Source: Candidatus Velthaea sp. (GTDB lineage Bacteria > Vulcanimicrobiota > Vulcanimicrobiia > Vulcanimicrobiales > Vulcanimicrobiaceae). From it: a stretch of DNA of 64,000 bases. The translations under genes were made by a program, and so were the position numbers. The notes beneath the pieces were generated by a model that saw only the letters and a list, made by a program, of their open reading frames with translations, searched no databases and was not told the origin of the DNA. This document shows positions 7,962 through 16,290 of this stretch, piece by piece. The stretch is taken from assembly GCA_965214935.1 (NCBI GenBank), contig CBDCCS010000011.1, forward strand, positions 32,001 through 96,000, in the 5' to 3' direction. Position 1 is the stretch's first letter; the number at the start of each line of letters is the position of its first letter.

Positions 7962-9848
7962 ATGTCAACAACTGACGACTTCTTCGATCGTACGGAGTTC
8001 ATCCAGTACTTTCGGGACGAGACTGAAGAGCTGCTGCAAACGATCGATTCCGATCTGTTGCGGCTCGAACAATTTGTCGGCGGCACGATGGACGTTGAAA
8101 TCGTCAACGCGCTCTTTCGCGGCCTGCATACCGTCAAGGGCAGCGCCGGCATGCTCGACTTCAAAGACGTTCAAGAAGTCGCGCACAAGCTTGAAAACAT
8201 CTTCGACTTGCTGCGCAAAGACCGCATGCCGCTCTCGGAAGGCTGCATCAACCTATTGTTCGAGGGGCGTGATATCCTCACGGATCTCGTTCACGCAGCG
8301 GTCGGTGACGGCGATGCGCCGGTCGGCGTGGCGATGTTCGTCGCGCGGCTCGACGAGTTCGCTCAAGTCTACGAAAGCACGAACGTCGCGATCGAAGGTC
8401 AACGTCCCGACGCAAATGCCGACGATCGAGAAGCGCGCGCTGCCGTCGACGCAGCGCAAGTCGATGCCTTTGAGGCCGAAGTCGCGCGGCTGTTAGCCGC
8501 TGCCCAAACGCCGGCTGCCGCAACAGCTTCGCCGGCGGCCGCGGAACCCGTCGCGGCGCCGCTACCGGTTGCCGTCGCCGCCGCGCCGGTCGTCAAAGCC
8601 GCTACGCCGGCGGTCAAGAATCAGACGATCCGGGTCGACATCGAACGGCTCGATTCATTGCTCAATCTGGTCGGTGAACTCGTCATCAACCGAACCCGCA
8701 TTTCCGATATTGCCGCCACCCTCGCGCGCAACGTCAACGATGCGAGCAGTCAGGCCGATGTCGGCGGTCTGGCCAAAGATCTCGCCGAATCGTCGGCGTT
8801 GCTGGCCCGCACCACCAACGAGATTCAAGAATCGATCATGAAAGTTCGGATGGTGCCGATCGGCGGCGTCTTCGAGCGTTTCCCGCGGATGGTACGCGAC
8901 CTGGCAAAGACTCGGAACAAAGAAGTGGTGCTCGAGATCAACGGCGGCGAGACCGATCTCGACAAGACGATCGTCGATGAAGTCGGCGAACCGCTCATGC
9001 ACCTCGTGCGCAATTGCGTCGATCACGGAATCGAGCCGCCCGATGTGCGGGAAGCGGCGGGCAAAGCACGCAGCGGAACCTTGCAACTCAATGCGTATCA
9101 CGAAGGCAATCAAGTCATCATCGAGATCGTCGATGACGGCGGCGGCATTGCGCTGGACAAGGTGCGCGCCAAAGCGGTCAAACAAGGTTTGATCGGTGAA
9201 GCCGACCGTCCGACCGATCGCGAGATCGTCGACTTCATTTTTGCGCCGGGTTTTTCGACTGCGGATCAGGTCACCGATATCAGCGGCCGCGGCGTCGGGA
9301 TGGAGATCGTCAAGAAAAATATCACGCGCCTCAACGGTGCATTCGAGGTTGACACTGCGCTCGGGCGCGGCACCAAGTTCACCATCAAGTTGCCTTTGAC
9401 GCTGGCAATCATTCAAGCGCTGCTCGTGCGCGTCGCCGACGAGCTGTACTCGATTCCGCTCGATTCGGTCATCGAGTCGCAACGCATCGGCGCCGGCGAC
9501 GTTCGCACCGTTCACGGCGGTGAAGTCATCACGCTGCGCGGTCAAGTCGTCCCGCTCATCCGCGTCGGCGAATTCTTCGAGCTCGGTAATCCGCGCGATT
9601 CCGACAAAGTCATGATCGTCATCGTGGGTTTACAAGGCCGCCAAGTCGGCTTAGTCGTCGACTCGTTTCAAGGCGAACAAGAGATCGTCATCAAGCCGCT
9701 TTCCGACGTGATCGGCGCGATTCCGGGCATCTCCGGCGCGACGATCTTGGGCAACGGTTCGATCTCGCTTATCCTCGACGTCCACTCGCTTGTTTCGACT
9801 GCGTACAATGCCCGCAATTCGGCTCGCGCATTAAGCGGCGTCGCTTAG
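7962..9848 (+). CDS. cheA: Chemotaxis histidine kinase CheA
   Basis: Hpt LFRGLHTVKGSAG, dimerisation IRVDIERLD.L.NLVGEL, HLVRNCVDHGIE, SGRGVGM, C-terminal CheW domain. Confidence 0.98.
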   Translation: MSTTDDFFDRTEFIQYFRDETEELLQTIDSDLLRLEQFVGGTMDVEIVNALFRGLHTVKGSAGMLDFKDVQEVAHKLENIFDLLRKDRMPLSEGCINLLFEGRDILTDLVHAAVGDGDAPVGVAMFVARLDEFAQVYESTNVAIEGQRPDANADDREARAAVDAAQVDAFEAEVARLLAAAQTPAAATASPAAAEPVAAPLPVAVAAAPVVKAATPAVKNQTIRVDIERLDSLLNLVGELVINRTRISDIAATLARNVNDASSQADVGGLAKDLAESSALLARTTNEIQESIMKVRMVPIGGVFERFPRMVRDLAKTRNKEVVLEINGGETDLDKTIVDEVGEPLMHLVRNCVDHGIEPPDVREAAGKARSGTLQLNAYHEGNQVIIEIVDDGGGIALDKVRAKAVKQGLIGEADRPTDREIVDFIFAPGFSTADQVTDISGRGVGMEIVKKNITRLNGAFEVDTALGRGTKFTIKLPLTLAIIQALLVRVADELYSIPLDSVIESQRIGAGDVRTVHGGEVITLRGQVVPLIRVGEFFELGNPRDSDKVMIVIVGLQGRQVGLVVDSFQGEQEIVIKPLSDVIGAIPGISGATILGNGSISLILDVHSLVSTAYNARNSARALSGVA

Positions 9849-9936
9849 CAGGATTCGCTGCGCCCAGTCCTTGGCGTTTCGGCTTTGCCGAAGCCGCGGC
9901 GTCGATCATCAACAACAACTTAATGAAAGGTTCGCC

Positions 9937-10434
9937 ATGGCAACGCTCGACGACAATATCAAGACGCAACTTTCCGGCAAGACGCTGCAAGTCGTTACGT
10001 TCGCGCTCGAGAGCGAAGAGTACGGCGTCGACATCGCGCAAGTTCAAGAAATCAATCGCATGGTAACGATCACGCATGTCCCGCGTGCGCCTCAATTCAT
10101 GGAAGGCGTGATCAATCTGCGCGGGCAGCTCATTCCGATCATCGATCTGCGCACGCGCTTCGGCATGGCGCGCGCCGAGCGTACGAAGAACACGCGCATC
10201 GTCGTTACCGAAATCGGCTCGAAGCGCATCGGCATGGTCGTCGATTCGGTATCCGAAGTTTTGCGCATCCCGGTCGAACAAATTGAAGATGCCCCCGATC
10301 TCGTCGCGGGCGTCGATACCGAATACATTCGCGGCGTCGGCAAGATGGGCGACCGGCTCATCATCATGCTCGATCTGGGCCGCGTGATCTCCGGTTCCGA
10401 AAAGCTGGATCTGCAAAAGCTCGACGCGGCCTAA
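9937..10434 (+). CDS. cheW: Chemotaxis coupling protein CheW
   Basis: YGVDIAQVQEI, GVINLRGQLIPIIDL and VDSVSEV motifs; GAAAGG upstream of ATG 9937. Confidence 0.96.
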   Translation: MATLDDNIKTQLSGKTLQVVTFALESEEYGVDIAQVQEINRMVTITHVPRAPQFMEGVINLRGQLIPIIDLRTRFGMARAERTKNTRIVVTEIGSKRIGMVVDSVSEVLRIPVEQIEDAPDLVAGVDTEYIRGVGKMGDRLIIMLDLGRVISGSEKLDLQKLDAA

Positions 10435-10482
10435 AGCGCGCGCGGCGCGGAACGGGCGATCGGTGCGCGGAAAGGCCGACGC

Positions 10483-10947
10483 ATGGAGATCGTTCCGTTT
10501 CTCTGGTTCGACGGGCGCGCGTTCGAAGCGGCGCGCTTCTACACCTCGATCTTTCCACGCTCACGCATCGAAACGCCGGATCCCGAAGCGTCGGACGACG
10601 GTGCCGCGGCGCCGACCGCGGTAACGTTCTGGCTTGATGCTCAAAAATTTATTGCGTTCAACGGCGGCCCGCACTTCGCGTTTACACCGGCCATCTCGCT
10701 TTTCGTCAGCTGCGAAACGCAGGCGGAGATCGACGATGTATGGCGCCGGTTGGGCGCGGGCGGAGCGCCCGGACGCTGCGGTTGGCTGACCGACAAATTC
10801 GGCGTTTCGTGGCAGATCGTTCCGCGCATTCTGGGCGACTTGCTCGGCGACGCTGATGAGCAGCGTTCGGAGCGCGTCATGCACGCGATGCTGCAAATGG
10901 AGAAATTAGAGATTGCGGCGCTGCAGCAAGCGTACGAGCGCGGCTGA
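10483..10947 (+). CDS. VOC/PhnB-like (3-demethylubiquinone-9 3-methyltransferase family) protein
   Basis: IVPFLWFD, FNGGPHF.FTPAISLFV.C and CGWLTDKFGVSWQIVP motifs. Confidence 0.9.
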   Translation: MEIVPFLWFDGRAFEAARFYTSIFPRSRIETPDPEASDDGAAAPTAVTFWLDAQKFIAFNGGPHFAFTPAISLFVSCETQAEIDDVWRRLGAGGAPGRCGWLTDKFGVSWQIVPRILGDLLGDADEQRSERVMHAMLQMEKLEIAALQQAYERG

Positions 10948-10955
10948 CGGAGCTC

Positions 10956-11258
10956 GTGCCGCAGCCGCAACCGGGGCAGGCGGGGACGTCCGGCGAAGTC
11001 GTTCGCGTGACGAACACCGAGACGAACGTATCAGGCTCCGATAACGGTACCGTGTCGCCGCCGCTGCTGAGCAATATCGTCGTACAACGCTCGCTCGTCG
11101 GTGTTTTAATTGCCGCCGTATCGGCCGGAGTTACATTCTTTTTCGTGCGCAATGCGATGCGGCGCGCGCCGGTCGACGAGACGAGCGAGCGCATTCAATC
11201 GCTCATCGATGAAGCAAATCGTTTGCTGCGAACGCTCGACGAGAAAAAACACGCTTAA
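10956..11258 (+). CDS. Small hypothetical membrane protein (one TM plus C-terminal amphipathic/coiled-coil helix)
   Basis: GGAG before GTG 10956; hydrophobic LVGVLIAAVSAGVTFFFV then ERIQSLIDEANRLLRTLDEKK. The start may be further downstream. Confidence 0.6.
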   Translation: MPQPQPGQAGTSGEVVRVTNTETNVSGSDNGTVSPPLLSNIVVQRSLVGVLIAAVSAGVTFFFVRNAMRRAPVDETSERIQSLIDEANRLLRTLDEKKHA

Positions 11259-12720
11259 GCCGCGCGAAGCCGCTCTACAACCGGGCGCCCGTTTCGACGT
11301 TACCTTTAGCGACCTCTTAGCGAACGGTCAAGCCGTCGGACGTGTCGACGGCTTCGTTATCTTTGTGAGCGGCCCGCTGCCGGGCGAAACGGCCGGCGTG
11401 CAAATAACGAGCGTCAAGGCAAAGTACGCGGTCGGAGAAGTCGTGTCGTACCACGCAACGTCCGAGTTGCGAGCGGAACCGTTCTGCCCGGTGTTCGGAA
11501 CGTGCGGCGGATGTCAGGTACAACATTTGATCTATCCGGCGCAACTCGCATGGAAGCAGCAGATCGTCCGCAATGCGTTGCGCCGGATAGGCGGTTTCAC
11601 GAACGTCAACGTCGAGCCGCCGGTAGCGATGGCCCAGCCGCGCGCCTACCGCAATAAGATGTCGCTCGTCGTCGAACGGCACGGCGATTCAACCCAACTT
11701 GGTTTCTATCAAGCTCGCTCGCACGAGCTCGTGCCGATCGACGCGTGTCCGGTCGTAGTTCCGCCGCTCGACACGGCGATTGCCGGGCTGCATGCCGCCG
11801 CCGCCGATCGCTCGACCGGGATCGCCTTTAACGGGGTGAAGCACGCGGTGATGCGGGTCGGAACGGCTTCCGGTCAAGCCGTGTTATCGCTGACCACCGA
11901 GCGACACTCGGACGACATTGCCGCGACCGCACCGGCGCTGGCGCGCAAGGTCCCCGGCGTCGTCGGCATCTCCAATTCTTTCGAGCTGCGTAACGCCAAT
12001 GCGGTCATGGGGCGTAAAATGGCTTTTGTGTGGGGCGCGCGCGAGATGGAGGAACGGATCGAGGGCGTCCGTTTCCGGGTTTCGCCGGCGTCTTTTTTTC
12101 AAGTCAACAGCGAGATGGTCGGCAAGATCTTTCGCTTTATGGAGCCGGGAATACGCGCCGCCTCGCGCAAGGTCGTCGACCTTTACTGCGGCGCCGGTAC
12201 GTTTGCGATCTTCTTTGCCACGCGCGGTGCGCAGGTGGTCGGCATCGAGGAGAATCCGGCGGCAATTCGCGAGGCGAATCTCAACGCCGAACTCAATGCG
12301 GTCGCTCGTCGCGCGCGCTTTATTGCCGGGCGCGTCGAAGGCACCGTGGTGAACCCGGCCGGCCGCGCTGCATTGAACGCTGCCGATATTGTTTTCCTCG
12401 ATCCGCCGCGCAAAGGCTCGGACGAGCCGACTCTGGCTGCAATTGCAGCTGCCGGTGTCGGCAATGTCTGGTATTTATCGTGCAATCCGGCTACGCTCGC
12501 GCGCGATTTGCTCTTCTTACAAACGCAAGGCTACGAACCGGGCATCGTTCAACCGTTCGACATGTTTCCGCAAACGGGTCATGTCGAGACATTCGTCACT
12601 TTGCACCGTGCCGGTCGCGAGCGTATCGACTTGCCGCGAGCGCCGGCCGGTGTGTGGCACGACACGCTGCCGGTGTGGCCGAGCGACGACCGGTTCGCTG
12701 CCGACGCCGCTGACGTCTAG
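11209..12720 (+). CDS. rlmD: 23S rRNA (uracil-5)-methyltransferase RlmD
   Basis: TRAM domain, Fe-S motif CPVFGTCGGCQ, FFQVN, DLYCGAG, DPPRKG, YLSCNP, DMFPQTGHVE. Start codon uncertain. Confidence 0.93.
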   Translation: MKQIVCCERSTRKNTLKPREAALQPGARFDVTFSDLLANGQAVGRVDGFVIFVSGPLPGETAGVQITSVKAKYAVGEVVSYHATSELRAEPFCPVFGTCGGCQVQHLIYPAQLAWKQQIVRNALRRIGGFTNVNVEPPVAMAQPRAYRNKMSLVVERHGDSTQLGFYQARSHELVPIDACPVVVPPLDTAIAGLHAAAADRSTGIAFNGVKHAVMRVGTASGQAVLSLTTERHSDDIAATAPALARKVPGVVGISNSFELRNANAVMGRKMAFVWGAREMEERIEGVRFRVSPASFFQVNSEMVGKIFRFMEPGIRAASRKVVDLYCGAGTFAIFFATRGAQVVGIEENPAAIREANLNAELNAVARRARFIAGRVEGTVVNPAGRAALNAADIVFLDPPRKGSDEPTLAAIAAAGVGNVWYLSCNPATLARDLLFLQTQGYEPGIVQPFDMFPQTGHVETFVTLHRAGRERIDLPRAPAGVWHDTLPVWPSDDRFAADAADV

Positions 12721-12727
12721 ACCGGCG

Positions 12728-12964
12728 GTGTACCACTGGGTTGCGCTTGCGGTGCAGATGCTCGGCGCTCTCGTCGTCGTTGTCGGCGTGTTGCGTATCG
12801 TTCGGGCCCCGCTGCTCGCTGCGCGGCGGGCGCTGCCCGTAGCGCGGTCCTCCGGCGACGGCGCTCGTTATACACGCGGTCTAACGGATTTTTACCGCAT
12901 TTCGGGCGCTCTGGCCGTCGTTGCCGGCGGATTGTTGCTCCTCGTTCCGTTGTTTGCAAGCTAG
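12728..12964 (+). CDS. Small two-TM hypothetical membrane protein
   Basis: GTG 12728; two hydrophobic segments; fills the rlmD-gatC gap. Confidence 0.5.
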   Translation: MYHWVALAVQMLGALVVVVGVLRIVRAPLLAARRALPVARSSGDGARYTRGLTDFYRISGALAVVAGGLLLLVPLFAS

Positions 12965-13010
12965 CGCGGCTGTAAGAAGCCTTGGCGCGGCCGTCGAAGT
13001 CAGCCACGTT

Positions 13011-13307
13011 ATGCCATCGGATCGAATCGACGTCCGGCACGTCGCAAAACTTGCTCGGCTCGCGCTCAGCGACGCGGAGGTTACGCTGTACGGCGCGCAG
13101 CTCGGGAGTCTGCTGACCTTCGTCGACGAGCTGCGCGAACTCGACACCGAACACATTGCTGCGACCGCACAAGTCATCGAATCGCGCAATGTCGCGCGCG
13201 CGGATGCCGTAGCGCCGTGTCTGGCGCGCGACGAAGTGCTCGCCGGAGCTCCACAAGCGCAACATGGTTTCTTTCGCGTGCCCAAAATTATTGCGGCGGC
13301 CGATTGA
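13011..13307 (+). CDS. gatC: Asp/Glu-tRNA amidotransferase subunit C
   Basis: VRHVAKLARL and FFRVPKII motifs; precedes gatA. Confidence 0.95.
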   Translation: MPSDRIDVRHVAKLARLALSDAEVTLYGAQLGSLLTFVDELRELDTEHIAATAQVIESRNVARADAVAPCLARDEVLAGAPQAQHGFFRVPKIIAAAD

Positions 13308-13312
13308 GACCG

Positions 13313-14803
13313 ATGCCGGACAACAGCGATATTTTGACCCGCACGGCGCGCGAGATAGCGCGGGCGGTTAACGCGCGGGAAGTGCGGGCGGTCGACCTCG
13401 CCGAAAGCGTTATCGCAACGCTGCCGGCACGCGATCGCGAACTCGGTGCGTATCTGAGCTTTACGCCCGAACTCATGCGCGAGCAAGCGCGGCGCACGGA
13501 CGAGCGGATTGCCGGGGGTGAGACGTTGCCGCTTGCGGGCGTCCCGGCCGCGGTCAAAGACAACATGTGTCTGCGCGGCACGCGTACGACCTGCGGCTCC
13601 AAAATGCTCGAAACGTGGATCGCGCCGTATAGCGGCACCGCCGTCACGCGTTTACTCGACGCCGGTGCTTTGCCGATCGGTAAGACGAATATGGACGAGT
13701 TCGCCATGGGGAGCTCGTGCGAGAACAGTGCGCTCGGTGTGACGCGCAATCCGTTCGACCTGGACCGCGTCCCGGGTGGTTCGTCGGGCGGCAGCGCGGC
13801 CGCCGTCGGCGGACAGCTCGCGGTCGTTTCGCTCGGCAGCGATACCGGCGGCTCGATCCGCGAGCCGGCTGCTTTTTGCAATGTCGTCGGCTTCAAACCC
13901 ACGTACGGACGGGTCTCGCGTTACGGGCTCATCGCGTTTGCCTCAAGTCTCGATCAAATCGGTCCGTTTGCGCGTACGGTCGAAGATGCTGCGCTCGTCT
14001 ACGATGCGATCGCCGGACACGATCCGCTCGACGCCACGAGCGTCGACCGGCCGCTCGAATCGGCCGCCGGCCACTTACGCACCGATTTGCGCGGTTTGCG
14101 TGTCGGTATCGTGCGCGAGTTTGCGACCGCCGAACTCGGTTCCGATATCGATGCAACGTATCGGCGCGCGTATGCCGATCTCGAAGCCCTTGGTGCCGAA
14201 CTCGTCGAGGTTGAATTGCCGACCGCGAAGTACGGCTTAGCCACCTACTATCTGATCGCTCCGGCTGAATGTTCGTCGAACCTCGCGCGCTTCGACGGCG
14301 TACGGTATGGTTTGCGCGTCGACGGCACCGATGTCGGCGAGATGTACGAACGCACGCGTTCCGCGGGCTTCGGGCCGGAAGTCAAGCGCCGCATCTTGAT
14401 CGGCACGTACGCGCTGTCGAGCGGCTATTACGACGCCTACTACGTCAAAGCGCAGAAAGCGCGGACGGCGATCGCGGCCGACTTCAACCGGGCATTTGCC
14501 GCCTGCGATTTGATCGCCTCGCCGGCTGCGTCAGCGCCCGCCTTTTCATTCAATGCCAAGTCCGACCCCGTAGCGATGTACTTGATGGATTACTATACGA
14601 TTCCGGTCTCGCTGGCGGGCTTGCCGTCGCTGTCGGTGCCGTGCGGAGCGGTCGTCCCGGCCGGCGGTTCGTTGCCGATGCCGCTGGGGCTGCAACTCGC
14701 CGCGCCTTTGTTTGAAGAACGGCTGCTGCTCGGCGCCGCTCACGCGTACGAACGGGCGACGCAGCATGCCGGTAAACTTTCTCTTCCGCAGACGGTTACT
14801 TAG
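13313..14803 (+). CDS. gatA: Asp/Glu-tRNA amidotransferase subunit A
   Basis: Amidase signature GKTNMDEFAMGSS, PGGSSGGS, GSDTGGSIR; SSNLARFDGVRYG. Confidence 0.97.
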   Translation: MPDNSDILTRTAREIARAVNAREVRAVDLAESVIATLPARDRELGAYLSFTPELMREQARRTDERIAGGETLPLAGVPAAVKDNMCLRGTRTTCGSKMLETWIAPYSGTAVTRLLDAGALPIGKTNMDEFAMGSSCENSALGVTRNPFDLDRVPGGSSGGSAAAVGGQLAVVSLGSDTGGSIREPAAFCNVVGFKPTYGRVSRYGLIAFASSLDQIGPFARTVEDAALVYDAIAGHDPLDATSVDRPLESAAGHLRTDLRGLRVGIVREFATAELGSDIDATYRRAYADLEALGAELVEVELPTAKYGLATYYLIAPAECSSNLARFDGVRYGLRVDGTDVGEMYERTRSAGFGPEVKRRILIGTYALSSGYYDAYYVKAQKARTAIAADFNRAFAACDLIASPAASAPAFSFNAKSDPVAMYLMDYYTIPVSLAGLPSLSVPCGAVVPAGGSLPMPLGLQLAAPLFEERLLLGAAHAYERATQHAGKLSLPQTVT

Positions 14804-14811
14804 GACGCACC

Positions 14812-16290
14812 ATGACGGTAATGCAAGCGCCGGCCCGCACGAAATACGAAGCGGTGATCGGTATCGAGTGCCACGTCGAACTCAAGACTCGCTCGAAGAT
14901 GTTTTGCGGTTGTCCCAACGAGTTCGGCGGCGAACCGAATACCAACGTGTGTCCGGTATGTTTGGCGCTGCCCGGTGCATTGCCGGTTCCGAATAGCGCG
15001 GCAATCGAGCATATGATTCGCGCGGGCTTGGCGTTCGATGCAGCGATTCCGGCGTTCTCAAAATTCGATCGGAAGAACTATTTCTATCCGGACATGCCCA
15101 AAGATTATCAGATTTCGCAGTACGACATGCCGATAACGCAAGGCGGCGTCGTGCAGTACTGGCTGGCTGACGGAACCCGTCGCGAATGTAAACTGACGCG
15201 CATTCATCTCGAGGAAGACACCGGCAAATCGACCCACGCCGGTAGCGCTGACGGGCGCATCGCCGGGTCGACGTATTCACTGGTTGATTTCAATCGCGCC
15301 GGCGTTCCGCTCATGGAGTGCGTGTCGGATCCCGATATCCGGTCTGCCGACGAAGCCGTCGCCTATCTCGATGCGCTCAAACGCACGTTCATGCAACTCG
15401 GCGTGTCCGATGTCAAAATGGAAGAAGGCTCGCTGCGCTGCGATGCCAACGTCTCGGTGCGCTTGCACGGTGCGGCCGAATACGGCACGAAAACCGAAAT
15501 CAAAAACATGAATTCGTTTCGCAGCGTGCATCGCGCGATCGAAAGCGAGATCGACCGCCAGATCGCGTTACTCGAAGCGGGCGGACGCGTCACTCAAGAA
15601 ACGCGCGGCTGGGACGAAGCAGCGGGCCTCTCGCACGCGATGCGCTCGAAAGAGAAAGCCCACGATTACCGGTATTTTCCCGACCCCGACCTCACACCGA
15701 TGGGGACCGATCGCGCGACGGTCGAGCGGTTACGTGCGACCTTGCCCGAGTTGCCGATCGCGCGTTACAAGCGGTATGTCGACGATTACGGCGTCAGTGT
15801 TGCGCAAGCCACGCAACTCGTCGACAACATCGCCTTGGCCGACTATTTCGATCGTGCCGTCCGGGCGTCGGGCAGTGCGGCGGGGGTACTGAATTTCGTT
15901 TTAGGCGACCTTTCCCGCTTGGCAAACGAGCACGGCATCGACGTCACGCGCGCCAAAGTAACGCCGGAGGCACTCGCCGAACTCGTGCTGCTCGTCGAAG
16001 CAAAAACGATCAATTCAAAAGTCGCGAAGTCCGTGCTCGTGCGGCTCTGGAATGACGGCGGATCGGCCAAGGCGATCGTCGCCGCCGACGGGTTGGCGCA
16101 GATCTCCGATCCGGCGGCCGTCGGCGCTTACATCGACGGCGTTTTAGCGGCGAATGCAAAGTCGGTCGATGATTTCCGCGCCGGCAAACAAAATGCGCTC
16201 AACTTCCTCAAGGGTCAAGTCATTAAAGTCAGTCGCGGTACGGCGAACCCGATGTTGGTCGAAACGTTGCTGCGCGAACGCATGCAGTGA
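14812..16290 (+). CDS. gatB: Asp/Glu-tRNA amidotransferase subunit B
   Basis: VIGIECHVEL, FDRKNYFYPD.PK.YQISQ, HLEEDTGK and DYRYFPDPDL motifs. Confidence 0.98.
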   Translation: MTVMQAPARTKYEAVIGIECHVELKTRSKMFCGCPNEFGGEPNTNVCPVCLALPGALPVPNSAAIEHMIRAGLAFDAAIPAFSKFDRKNYFYPDMPKDYQISQYDMPITQGGVVQYWLADGTRRECKLTRIHLEEDTGKSTHAGSADGRIAGSTYSLVDFNRAGVPLMECVSDPDIRSADEAVAYLDALKRTFMQLGVSDVKMEEGSLRCDANVSVRLHGAAEYGTKTEIKNMNSFRSVHRAIESEIDRQIALLEAGGRVTQETRGWDEAAGLSHAMRSKEKAHDYRYFPDPDLTPMGTDRATVERLRATLPELPIARYKRYVDDYGVSVAQATQLVDNIALADYFDRAVRASGSAAGVLNFVLGDLSRLANEHGIDVTRAKVTPEALAELVLLVEAKTINSKVAKSVLVRLWNDGGSAKAIVAADGLAQISDPAAVGAYIDGVLAANAKSVDDFRAGKQNALNFLKGQVIKVSRGTANPMLVETLLRERMQ

